Of a stretch of 64,000 nucleotides of DNA, positions 18,481 to 27,593 are shown in pieces. The first letter of the stretch is position 1, and every line of letters begins with the position of its first letter. The stretch spans positions 5,800 to 69,799 of the forward strand of contig DAPJ01000012.1 in NCBI GenBank assembly GCA_002502095.1. The letters are read 5' to 3'. The translations under genes were made by a program, and so were the position numbers. Origin of the DNA: Euryarchaeota archaeon UBA62 (lineage in GTDB: Archaea > Thermoplasmatota > Poseidoniia > Poseidoniales > Thalassarchaeaceae). The notes under the pieces are model-generated. The model had not been told where the DNA came from, made no database searches, and was given only the letters and a program-made list of their open reading frames with translations.

Positions 18481-19056
18481 GTGGCCGACCATGATTCACC
18501 GATTTCACTTTCACCTTCTGGTGGTTCGTTAGCTAGAGTTATTGTGGCAGAGCAGAACGCTGACCATTGGAAAATACCTGAGGGTACTATTCTAGCTTCC
18601 GCAACGAGAAGGGGCACTGCTTTCGCGATTGATGTCGTTATTGTTACGACTGTTTTGATGCTTGTTACCAGGTTCCAGCTGATGAATGTGTGGAATCTCA
18701 AGACATGGGAAGACTCCACACATCATTCTCTAGCGTATACTTTCATATTATTTGCATCGCACTGGCTTTACTGGAGGTTAACGGGAATCAGATTTTCTAG
18801 ATCTCTTGGACAGAGATCGATGGGACTAGCTGTATTAGTTGACGATGGAAGTGAAATGACTAGTGAGATGTGGGATCGAAGGGCTTTCAGGAAGTTAGTA
18901 TATCTAATTCCAGTTGTAAATTTGATTGTAGGATCATATGAGGTGGCTAGGATATTCCAAAGGCATACGCATCAGACAAATATCGATCTAAGTGTTGGAT
19001 CGATTGTTGCACAGGCAGATTCACTGCCTCCTGCTAATAGACGACATATCAGGTAG
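18481..19056 (+). CDS. RDD family membrane protein
   Basis: LASATRRGTAFAID, SLGQRSMGLAV, HQTNID. Confidence 0.75.
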   Translation: MADHDSPISLSPSGGSLARVIVAEQNADHWKIPEGTILASATRRGTAFAIDVVIVTTVLMLVTRFQLMNVWNLKTWEDSTHHSLAYTFILFASHWLYWRLTGIRFSRSLGQRSMGLAVLVDDGSEMTSEMWDRRAFRKLVYLIPVVNLIVGSYEVARIFQRHTHQTNIDLSVGSIVAQADSLPPANRRHIR

Positions 19057-19061
19057 ATGCC

Positions 19062-19664
19062 ATGAAAGATGCAGTATCTAGTTTGAGAAGGGGGATGTGT
19101 GTTGTTTATCCGACCTCCACACAGCCTGCGTTGGGTTGCTTGCCAACCAGTGAGTCACTAGATTTACTATATACGTTGAAAAATAGAGAGGGGGATCAGC
19201 CAGTAAGTCTTGCAGTGGCAAATCTTGAGCAGGCTAGGAAGATCGCACATATTCCAGATGGCGTAGTGTCATTGTTAGATCATTTTCCCACTGGTTCAAT
19301 TACGGTGGTTCTTGATTCAAAGTCTACACTAGACGAGAGGCTTGGAGGAGAGAGAGTTGCATTAAGAGTGGTATCTCACAATACTGCAGTCAGACTGATC
19401 GATGAAGTCGGTCCGATTACAGCCACGAGTGCAAATATTTCTGGAAGTCCGCCCGAGAATGACCCAGCCATGGCCGCTCGCTCTCTTTCAACTGATGGTT
19501 TACACATACCATTCGTTAGCGGACTCTGCGGGGGTGGTGTACCCAGTACCTTGATATCGTGGGAATCCTCCACTCGCTCACCCGATACTACAGGAACCAA
19601 GGTTCTGAGAGAAGGTTTAGTGAAGAAATTGGAGGTTTTTGATTGGTTGAAGAGTCAGATTTGA
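19062..19664 (+). CDS. tsaC: L-threonylcarbamoyladenylate synthase (TsaC/YrdC/Sua5)
   Basis: VVYPT, LKNR, ITATSANISG, PSTL. Confidence 0.85.
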   Translation: MKDAVSSLRRGMCVVYPTSTQPALGCLPTSESLDLLYTLKNREGDQPVSLAVANLEQARKIAHIPDGVVSLLDHFPTGSITVVLDSKSTLDERLGGERVALRVVSHNTAVRLIDEVGPITATSANISGSPPENDPAMAARSLSTDGLHIPFVSGLCGGGVPSTLISWESSTRSPDTTGTKVLREGLVKKLEVFDWLKSQI

Positions 19665-20656
19665 AGCAGTGGAAGGATGCTGGTCACGTCGCTCGAAGAA
19701 CCTTGGAGGGAGTCAAAGGGGAGATTGTTGCAGGTAAGGGATGGAATGATGTTATTGACTCCGCTGAGAGGTTTATTCGTAGACACGGGGGTCAAGCCGC
19801 TTTCCCAGTAACTATCTCCGTTAATGATATGGCTGCTCATTATACTACCAATACCCAACTGAGTCCTCCAGAGGGATGGGAAAGGGAGATGGTGTTTGAG
19901 AAGGGTGATTTGGTAAAGCTAGATGTCGGGGTTCACATCAAAGGAGCTCTTGGGGACAATGCGATGACGTTGGAAGTTGGAAATGGAGGAAATCACACCG
20001 ATCAAATAAAGGCTGCGAAAGATGCTCGAGACGCTGCTATAGAGAAGATGCATCCGGGAACTTCTTGGCATGTCGTAGGAGCCGCCGCAGAACAGGTTGC
20101 AAAGGATGCTGGATTCTTGCCAATTTCCAATTTGTGCGGGCATAAAATGGAAAGATGGAGCCTGCATGATGGGGTTTCAATTCCTATGTACGCTTGTGGG
20201 ATCAATAATCCAAGTTTCAAAGGCTCAGTAGAGAAAGGGGGGGTATACGCGGTTGAGCCATTCAATACTACCGGGAAGAGCGGTTTAGTTGAGAATGTGA
20301 ATCCACATAATTCGTCCAATATACTCAGAGTAACCGGGAATGTCAATATCAGAAAGGCGCTGGCAAAGAAGAAGCTGAAGCCCCTGGGTGCGAGGCTGGC
20401 ACACTACATTGAAGAGAGATATAGCACGCTTCCATTCGCAGAACGGTGGGCGTTCCCTCTGTTGGAGAAGCCTTTCCCTGAAGAGGACGAGGAGTCCCTC
20501 AAGAGGAAGTGGGGGCAACTGGTGAAGAAGCTGACCTCGATTAGGTTCTTGGAAGTCTATTCTGCATTACGTGATCAGGATAGAGGAAATGTTGGTCAGT
20601 TTGAACACACTGTTTACGTCACTGAAGGTGGCCCTGAGGTTCTTTCTGTATCTTAA
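19643..20656 (+). CDS. map: Methionine aminopeptidase type II
   Basis: AFPVTISVNDMAAHYT, KLDVGVH, NLCGH, AVEPF, QFEHT. Confidence 0.92.
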   Translation: MVEESDLKQWKDAGHVARRTLEGVKGEIVAGKGWNDVIDSAERFIRRHGGQAAFPVTISVNDMAAHYTTNTQLSPPEGWEREMVFEKGDLVKLDVGVHIKGALGDNAMTLEVGNGGNHTDQIKAAKDARDAAIEKMHPGTSWHVVGAAAEQVAKDAGFLPISNLCGHKMERWSLHDGVSIPMYACGINNPSFKGSVEKGGVYAVEPFNTTGKSGLVENVNPHNSSNILRVTGNVNIRKALAKKKLKPLGARLAHYIEERYSTLPFAERWAFPLLEKPFPEEDEESLKRKWGQLVKKLTSIRFLEVYSALRDQDRGNVGQFEHTVYVTEGGPEVLSVS

Positions 20657-20803
20657 TCAGAAGAAAAACGACTGAATCAGCACTTTTTGCAACTATTATT
20701 GATAACGATTATCTATCCCCTACCCTTAGTGGAGTATGTACGGGGCCGATTGGTTCTCGCAGAGTGCATCCCATCCCTTCGCAATTATCTCTCGCCCTGT
20801 ACA

Positions 20804-21733
20804 CTAAACAGATTCAGGCTTAGCCTTAGCATCTCCGAACATTGTGACCGCGATAATAGCAATGAAGATTAGAACCATTCCTGCTGACTGCTGTGTAGAG
20901 GGAGTTTCGTTAAGAAGAAAAATACCCCAAATAATAGTTAATACTGGTTGGATAAGTACTGCAAATGAAGTGTGCGCTCCGGGAAGTCTCGGGAGTGCAT
21001 ATGTGATTGCTATCCAGCCGGCAACTTGGCAGGAAAAGGCCAGTAATAGAAGCCATGCATGGCTTGGCCATGTTATCTCGAAGCTTATTTGTTGGACGCC
21101 TATCGATTCCATTGGAATTAGTCCTAGGAATAGAAGACCAATGGTTGCTCCTAGGGTAGCGTCCAGTTGGGCATTAGCCGCAGGAGCCATCTGTTTGTTC
21201 GAGTACCTGTAGACGATTAGAAATGATGAGTAGAAAAACGCCGCTAACACTGCTGCTATTACCCCTCTAGTCGGATCCTCTCCATAGGGCTCACCATCCC
21301 ATATTCCCGAGATGAGTGCGAGGCCAACTACAACAACAGGTAATGAAAGAAGAATTGATCGATTTGGTCTTTCTCCTAGGAGCTTCCAGCTTACCAATGT
21401 CACAATGATAACCTGCGAATTTCCTACGAGTGTAGCGATTCCTGTGCCTACGTAGTCTATAGCACTATGATATGCCAGGAAATCAAATGCTATAATTAAC
21501 CCAGCCAAGAAAGTGAGTCTCCTTGATCGGATATCACGAGTCTCCTTCTTTCTGGACAAAAACACAATCAAGAAGAGTAATGGAACGGCATATGCCATTC
21601 GAAAGAACGCTCCCGTCGCGGGGTTGGTTTCAGATAATTTGTACAGCAGTGGAGCGAAAGAAATTGCTCCTGCGCCTGCTAATGCTATGAGCATCGTACG
21701 GCGATCTTCGGACGGTGGAGTGTCGGCGCTCAC
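20804..21733 (-). CDS. DMT/EamA family transporter
   Basis: About ten TM helices, AFFR, LLGERP, QPV...LLNETP. Confidence 0.88.
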   Translation of the reverse strand: MSADTPPSEDRRTMLIALAGAGAISFAPLLYKLSETNPATGAFFRMAYAVPLLFLIVFLSRKKETRDIRSRRLTFLAGLIIAFDFLAYHSAIDYVGTGIATLVGNSQVIIVTLVSWKLLGERPNRSILLSLPVVVVGLALISGIWDGEPYGEDPTRGVIAAVLAAFFYSSFLIVYRYSNKQMAPAANAQLDATLGATIGLLFLGLIPMESIGVQQISFEITWPSHAWLLLLAFSCQVAGWIAITYALPRLPGAHTSFAVLIQPVLTIIWGIFLLNETPSTQQSAGMVLIFIAIIAVTMFGDAKAKPESV

Positions 21734-22071
21734 GCTCGGCCGGCTTCGTACATCTCTAGAAGGCTACCGTCTTGGAACATCTCGAGGACTATGTCACTAC
21801 CGCCGATCAGCTCACCGTGGACGAAGACTTGTGGGATTGTAGGGAAATCAGACCATTCCTTTAGAGCGGTTCTTGCCCTAGAGTCTGACAGAACGTTCAC
21901 ACATGCAAATTGTTCGAGACCTACTTCCCTAGCGAAGGCACTAACTATCTGGGCTCCACGACTGGAGAAGCCACATTGTGGCTGTTCGGGCGTACCTTTC
22001 ATAAAAATCACTAAATCGTTGCCATCGACTATCTCTTGCAATTCGCTTGGTGTCCAATTAAATCCGCTCAT
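21730..22071 (-). CDS. grxD: Monothiol glutaredoxin (Grx4 type)
   Basis: FMKGTPEQPQCGFS, PTIPQVFV, GGSD. Confidence 0.92.
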   Translation of the reverse strand: MSGFNWTPSELQEIVDGNDLVIFMKGTPEQPQCGFSSRGAQIVSAFAREVGLEQFACVNVLSDSRARTALKEWSDFPTIPQVFVHGELIGGSDIVLEMFQDGSLLEMYEAGRA

Positions 22072-22075
22072 AATA

Positions 22076-22399
22076 TCACTTCTTGTTAGGTCGCCTTACG
22101 TGGATACCAAAGAACTCTTGCTTTCCAGAATGGGGATCAAAAGTTGTATTTCCCATTGCTGAGGATTGTTCGGGGGTCATACACTTCAAATCAAGAGCGT
22201 GTACTGAATTATCCTCAATATACTTCTTAAAATGCTTCAAAACTGGCATCTGCCTTTGGAGTGGCCTTACGCCCTCGAAATCCTCGGATATTATTCTGAC
22301 ATGAAAATGATCACCCGAACCGTGTAAATCGGTAGCTTCTACTGAAGCAGTTGGATACACTTTCAGTACTTCCGATGACACCCATTCCTCGGAAACCAT
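22076..22399 (-). CDS. bolA: BolA family protein
   Basis: GDHFHVRIISEDFEG...QRQ, VHAL; adjacent to grxD. Confidence 0.88.
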   Translation of the reverse strand: MVSEEWVSSEVLKVYPTASVEATDLHGSGDHFHVRIISEDFEGVRPLQRQMPVLKHFKKYIEDNSVHALDLKCMTPEQSSAMGNTTFDPHSGKQEFFGIHVRRPNKK

Positions 22400-22435
22400 A
22401 CCACTGGATAGAGGGGTATGATTTCAATGCGTTGA

Positions 22436-23119
22436 TTATTGGCTCTCTAATACCTTATTTATTCTGAGAAGATTTTGAGAAATTGTACCTTCGTCATTAA
22501 TCAGTCCGCTGCCTACAACAGCAATGTCTATTCCCCACTCAGAGACCATCGCCGCGTTGTGATGCTTAATGCCTCCATCAATCATCAGGATTGGAGTTTT
22601 ACCTCCTGAATTCTCCTGTTCATCTATAGCCTCTCTGAAAGCTTTGACTTTATGCTCAACCTCAGGGATGAACGACTGTCCACCCTTTCCTGGGACGACA
22701 GACATCACCAATACTAGATCTAGATCTGGCAATAGGGGCATAACTTCCTCGATTTCTGTATCTGGGTTCAGGACGCATCCAATCTGTGTTCCTGTTGACT
22801 GGACTTCTGAGATAAGGTTTGGAAAATCTTGAACTGCTTCAATATGAGCAATGATCATGTCCACTCCTGCATCAACATACTGAATCCAAGTTTCTTCGGC
22901 ATTGTTGATCATTAGATGGCAATCTATGAACACTTCATCTCCTAACCTTTCTCTAACTGAACGGATAATTGCTGGTCCGAATGTTATTGTCTTATTGATA
23001 ACCCAGTTTCCATCCATTACATCCATGTGAATCCAATTTATCCCTGCTTCAATGGCCTCATCTAAGGTTTCACCCAGTTTACAGAAGTCCGCAGTCAGTA
23101 TGCTGGGAGTAACATCCAT
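22436..23119 (-). CDS. rpe: Ribulose-phosphate 3-epimerase
   Basis: PSILTADF, IHMDVMDG, DCHLM, MSVVPGKGGQSF, IDGG; start taken at MDVTPS. Confidence 0.93.
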   Translation of the reverse strand: MDVTPSILTADFCKLGETLDEAIEAGINWIHMDVMDGNWVINKTITFGPAIIRSVRERLGDEVFIDCHLMINNAEETWIQYVDAGVDMIIAHIEAVQDFPNLISEVQSTGTQIGCVLNPDTEIEEVMPLLPDLDLVLVMSVVPGKGGQSFIPEVEHKVKAFREAIDEQENSGGKTPILMIDGGIKHHNAAMVSEWGIDIAVVGSGLINDEGTISQNLLRINKVLESQ

Positions 23120-23225
23120 GTACGCTCTGAACCAAGCGAGGAGGAGGAGGTTCTCAATCCCTTGGATACCGATAGTAAGACACAGGTTGATACGGTGCCC
23201 CCCTCTCAGGTGCTTGGGTGGACCC

Positions 23226-23543
23226 ATGGGACAAGTGATTGATGCTAGTGATTCGGACTTTGATGTAGTTACAAAGAGCGGGGGTTGGGTCCTAGTTGAT
23301 TTCTGGGCTCCTTGGTGCGGTCCATGCAAAATGATTGCTCCAGTATTGAGTCAGGTAGCGACCGAGAGAGAGATTACAATAGCCAAGGTGAATACCGACG
23401 TAAATCCACTAAGTCCCGGCAGATTCGGAGTCAGAGGGATTCCGGCACTGATACTATTCAAGGATGGAGAAGTCGTTGATAGAATGACTGGTGCTATGCC
23501 AAAGCCAGGTATGGACTCCTGGCTGAATCGACACATGTCTTAA
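23226..23543 (+). CDS. trxA: Thioredoxin
   Basis: DFWAPWCGPCK, GIP; start taken at MGQVIDA. Confidence 0.93.
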   Translation: MGQVIDASDSDFDVVTKSGGWVLVDFWAPWCGPCKMIAPVLSQVATEREITIAKVNTDVNPLSPGRFGVRGIPALILFKDGEVVDRMTGAMPKPGMDSWLNRHMS

Positions 23544-25084
23544 GATTCGAAAGCTTTTCTAAGTTTGATAGATCTATCCTCCAGAGGATTTCCTACGTCT
23601 CTAAGTAGCCTTGCTCTGATAGCTTCATGTAACCACATTCCATCTTCTAGTTCCAGCATTAGGCCTCTTTCTATGAGCTCGAGTGGAGGGGGGCCATCAT
23701 GTTCTGCGGCTTTGGCTATAATTTCCCATGGAACCGGTCTATCAGAAACAGATAGAATAGAGAGAATCTCCCTGCTATCCGGAGGGAGAACATCTAGAAT
23801 CTCCTGATCGAGAAAACGAGTCCAATCCTCGTGTACGGTCTTTCCATAAAGTTCCAATAGCTCTACTGCCAATGGGTGTCCACCTGTGATACTATGGATC
23901 TTTTCCACCTCTGTTTCATTGGGAAGGTTCATCGAAGCTATCCAAGTATTAACTTCCTCAATAGAAAGACCAGCCAGGTGTAGTTCTCTAACTCTCTCTC
24001 TTGTATGAACATCTCTCGTATCATAGAATGACAGTCTATTTCTTGAGATCAATATTAGTCTTAATGGAGCGATCTCGGCTACCTGTAAGAGAGCTCCAAA
24101 GAGGTAGTTCCCATCCGGCCCTATATTGTGAACATCGTCTAGGACAACCAGAAGTTCGGTTTCTTTCTTAGTATCTAAACCGGATTCGTCCAGTAAATGG
24201 GCCGTCAGCCTTCTCCTGTATGAATCGATATCAATTTCTACACCGGGCCTTAGTGGGAGAGCTTCCAGAATATTGTAAGGATCGTGCTTCCCATCATCCA
24301 CTCCGACACCTATCTTGTGGAGTAGGCTTGTTGCAATCCCTAGAGGCGTGTCCCAAGGCTGGCAAGGATAGTACATTACTTCATATCCAGGAGCTGCTGG
24401 GATAGTATGGTTTAGCCAGTGTGAGGTAAGTGTTGTTTTTCCACAGCCAGCGATTCCAGAAATGGCTAACAATGGGATTCTGGATGAGAGCCAAGAGTCG
24501 AGTATGTCCTTCTCCACCAGTCTTCCATGTATCTCTCTAGTCACAGGTGGAAGATTTCGATAGGTAGAATAGGCACCGGAAAGTAGATTTGGAGTGGGTT
24601 TTTTTCTCTCTGGCATCGACACAATAGCACCAAATCTAATATCTCCGAAATTGAGTACTCCCTCATGTTGGGCGTGCATCAATACTTGTAGTAGTGAGAG
24701 ATTTGTTTCGAGTTTTTTTGCGGCCTCGTCTGCCCTTATTTCCAATAGCTTACCTTTCTTTCCCCTCAATAAAACGGTAGTAGTTCTTAGATTGGAAATC
24801 CTCTGCCTAGCTTCCAATCTTCCATCTTCGGTTAATTGCCATGTCTTCTGGCGACGATCTTCTCCTCTAACACTTCTAGAATGCTCAGAGACAAAGCCAT
24901 TGGACATGAGCTCCCTCATTGCCCGGGAAACATTTGGAGGATGCATCGCGCATACCTCAGAAATTCCTGTTCTTGTTACTTCACTTGTTACAATATAATG
25001 ATCCGCTTGATGGTCCTGTTCCCACAAGTGAAGAATTATCCTGTCTATGACGGGGATACTGACACGGGGGATACCGTCCGACAT
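23540..25084 (-). CDS. Winged-helix + STAND (NB-ARC-like) P-loop ATPase
   Basis: N-terminal wHTH (TRTGISE...PPNVSRAMREL...WQLTEDG); Walker A GIAGCGKT; Walker B VVLDDVH; TGGHPLA. Confidence 0.75.
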   Translation of the reverse strand: MSDGIPRVSIPVIDRIILHLWEQDHQADHYIVTSEVTRTGISEVCAMHPPNVSRAMRELMSNGFVSEHSRSVRGEDRRQKTWQLTEDGRLEARQRISNLRTTTVLLRGKKGKLLEIRADEAAKKLETNLSLLQVLMHAQHEGVLNFGDIRFGAIVSMPERKKPTPNLLSGAYSTYRNLPPVTREIHGRLVEKDILDSWLSSRIPLLAISGIAGCGKTTLTSHWLNHTIPAAPGYEVMYYPCQPWDTPLGIATSLLHKIGVGVDDGKHDPYNILEALPLRPGVEIDIDSYRRRLTAHLLDESGLDTKKETELLVVLDDVHNIGPDGNYLFGALLQVAEIAPLRLILISRNRLSFYDTRDVHTRERVRELHLAGLSIEEVNTWIASMNLPNETEVEKIHSITGGHPLAVELLELYGKTVHEDWTRFLDQEILDVLPPDSREILSILSVSDRPVPWEIIAKAAEHDGPPPLELIERGLMLELEDGMWLHEAIRARLLRDVGNPLEDRSIKLRKAFES

Positions 25085-25129
25085 GGTGGTTCCGAAGACT
25101 CCCTCCGCATCAAGAGTTTGGAATTCGGT

Positions 25130-26974
25130 TTATTCCAAACACTGAGGATATGGCTGTTGCATAGGAGGGAGAAATAGATCTGAGCATTCCCTGTCAAGAG
25201 ATGGTAGAGAAAGAGTGCTCTCGCTCCCCAATGAGAGAGAAACGGGAAATGTTGAAACCGGACTAGGGATATAATCCTCGCCAGTTTGACTGATTATCAG
25301 ACGGATTCCATCTCCCTCAGGTACTACTACATCCATTCCAAAGAACTCCATCTTTGCCAGAACTGTCTGTCCGGGGACCAGAGGGCTTCCTTGATTCCCT
25401 CCTTGATGAAATCGTAAATCCATTACAGCGTGTCCTAGATGCATGTCAGAGCTTGATTGTACCATCTCCACGAAGAGATGCCCACTGGTGGAAAATGGAG
25501 AAATGGTAGCCTCCACATGAAAGGTAGGAGTTCCAACTATTCTAGTCAGAGATTCAAATTCAGGGCATTCAATCATCAGACTGGAGGTAGTAGTTATCGT
25601 ATCGCTACCACCAACTATTGAACATTCATTCATACCTATAACGATTGGATTCGCAACAAGGGGAGGATAGGTCTGCTCAACTCTCCAAGTACCCATATTG
25701 TCCTGCACCTCTGCAATTAATCTTGGTTTTGGCCCCTTATCTAGTAAATAGAAATCGAACCACTCCAACATATCGTCCGCCCAGTCCCACCTCAGGGTAT
25801 ATGGGAAGGCCTCAGCGCCTCTTCCTGACGACAGCGAGGAGTGCCCGCTTTCTCGGTCTGGATAATCATGTGCCCATTGTCCATAAAGTCCCTTCACGTC
25901 GAAACCTGCATCTATGGACATTTGATGTGCAGGGAATGCCATATGAGGATCGACATTCCAGTCTTGTAGGCCGTGTATGATGTATATCGAACCATTATAA
26001 AATTCTAGAGCATTAGTCAGGAAATGCCTTTCCTCCCAATAATCAGATCCAGTCCATGCTAGATTGTCTCCCGTCATGTATGCGGCTGGTCCTGCGTAGT
26101 ATCCCTCCACATATCCCTCACAGGCATTCTCGATGTCCCCATTATCCCCGTCCAAGCCAAATGAGCCGTATACTCCATTATGCATTATCGCCCCTCTTGC
26201 TTCCATACTGCCATTTCTCCACATCAAATCATGTACACCTATCAATCCAGACATTGGAACAATGGTAGCTAGATATTCGGATCCTGATGCAGCCGCATTC
26301 CAAGGAGTGCTTCCATCGTATGATTTACCTATTGCACCTACCTTTCCATTGGACCATGATTGAGTCCCTAACCAGTCTACTGCTGCCTTGATGCCAGCTT
26401 GCTCATCATGACCCATCAGGTCCATACAGTGATTTGATTGCCCTGTTCCAAAAACTGAAACCTGTGCTACGCCGTACCCGTGTTGAACATAATTCTCAAT
26501 TAGGAACCTTCCGAGTCTATCTGCGGGAGTGAGAGCATCAACGTCTCCATCATCATAGTACGGGCCTATCTCGGCAATAACCGGGACCTTGCATTCTTCC
26601 AGAACTTCAGATATTGTCAAATCGCATCCTTCCTTTTCTGGAAGCCACAATCCGAGATGAACTTCGGCCCCGCCCGTGAATCCTGCTCCTCCATCAGAAG
26701 CCGTAATCGAGGGCACGGGTACGAAGATTGACTGGACCTCTCCTGTGTCATATGTACCATTAATTGAAACCCTGCTGAATACGTCATCATTTCTGTATTC
26801 CTTCTCTGATCGTTCCTCGACAGGTGGTAACCAATGTGTGGTCTCGACAGAATTATCTATTCCTGATTCTGACTCCAGGCACCCTGATAGAGTTGGGCTA
26901 ACCAATATTAGGACCAAGAATATGGTTACGACTCGCGGGAGCACGCCCCTCTGGAGGGTGTGAGAACTCATCAT
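25130..26974 (-). CDS. CocE/NonD (S15 X-Pro dipeptidyl peptidase-like) hydrolase, lipoprotein
   Basis: Lipobox LSGC; WSNGKVGAIGKSYDG; HGLQDWNV; GQWAH. Confidence 0.85.
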   Translation of the reverse strand: MMSSHTLQRGVLPRVVTIFLVLILVSPTLSGCLESESGIDNSVETTHWLPPVEERSEKEYRNDDVFSRVSINGTYDTGEVQSIFVPVPSITASDGGAGFTGGAEVHLGLWLPEKEGCDLTISEVLEECKVPVIAEIGPYYDDGDVDALTPADRLGRFLIENYVQHGYGVAQVSVFGTGQSNHCMDLMGHDEQAGIKAAVDWLGTQSWSNGKVGAIGKSYDGSTPWNAAASGSEYLATIVPMSGLIGVHDLMWRNGSMEARGAIMHNGVYGSFGLDGDNGDIENACEGYVEGYYAGPAAYMTGDNLAWTGSDYWEERHFLTNALEFYNGSIYIIHGLQDWNVDPHMAFPAHQMSIDAGFDVKGLYGQWAHDYPDRESGHSSLSSGRGAEAFPYTLRWDWADDMLEWFDFYLLDKGPKPRLIAEVQDNMGTWRVEQTYPPLVANPIVIGMNECSIVGGSDTITTTSSLMIECPEFESLTRIVGTPTFHVEATISPFSTSGHLFVEMVQSSSDMHLGHAVMDLRFHQGGNQGSPLVPGQTVLAKMEFFGMDVVVPEGDGIRLIISQTGEDYIPSPVSTFPVSLSLGSESTLSLPSLDRECSDLFLPPMQQPYPQCLE

Positions 26975-26996
26975 AGATTCGGTTCATTGGGCAGGA

Positions 26997-27404
26997 TCAT
27001 TGAACCAAGAGTCGCATCTCTTCGACGCTTTTTAGCTCAGCGAGATATATCTGCTCCATCGAATCGTATAAATCGTCAGTCTGTTCAATTAAGGGGAGGA
27101 GTTCCGAATAAACTTCTGACGCTCTAATCTCTGTCTGAAGAGAATAATTCAACATTTCAATGTAATCTGTTGTGTGTATAATTGGATGAGAGTCACGTTC
27201 TGTAACTGGAATTCCCCCCAATTGAACAATTCCCTTACGAACAATATCGGCATGCTCTATAGACTCTGTCATTTCAGTGTTGAACATTGGTGAAAGTTGG
27301 AGCCGATTAATGCCAGTTATATTAGCGGCGTAATGTGCATACATATTCATCGCTCTGAGTTCCCAAGCTAGGGCTTCATTCATCTTTTTGATTAGCTCTG
27401 TCAC
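26997..27404 (-). CDS. Ferritin-like (bacterioferritin-related) four-helix bundle protein
   Basis: ELRAMNMY, ESIEHA...IVQLGGIP, EIRASEVY. Confidence 0.8.
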   Translation of the reverse strand: MTELIKKMNEALAWELRAMNMYAHYAANITGINRLQLSPMFNTEMTESIEHADIVRKGIVQLGGIPVTERDSHPIIHTTDYIEMLNYSLQTEIRASEVYSELLPLIEQTDDLYDSMEQIYLAELKSVEEMRLLVQ

Positions 27405-27415
27405 AATATCATCCC

Positions 27416-27434
27416 TTAGGTTGGGCTAAACTTT
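27416..27434. promoter_or_regulatory. DtxR/IdeR-type metal-repressor box
   Basis: TTAGGTTGGGCTAAACTTT matches consensus TTAGGTTAGGCTAACCTAA at 15/19; lies 12-30 nt upstream of the ferritin-like start. Confidence 0.55.
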
Positions 27435-27593
27435 CTTACCCCGTCTTGTCAAATATTACTACAGGATGGGAGTTATTAAACCAATCCAATGAATGCCTCC
27501 AGTTCCTACTGAGTATAGTTGTAAGGTATCAATTAGTCAATAATTGTAAGAAATATTTTCTGGTTAAGGATTCGATAGTCAACAGCCTAGATT

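Noticed and set aside
20657-20803. tRNA or small ORF between map and the DMT gene
   Set aside because: No cloverleaf or T-loop; the 31-aa minus-strand ORF is featureless
23052-23329. Overlapping N-terminal extensions of rpe and trxA
   Set aside because: Conserved domains begin at 23119(-) and 23226(+); the extensions are ORF-caller artefacts across a divergent promoter
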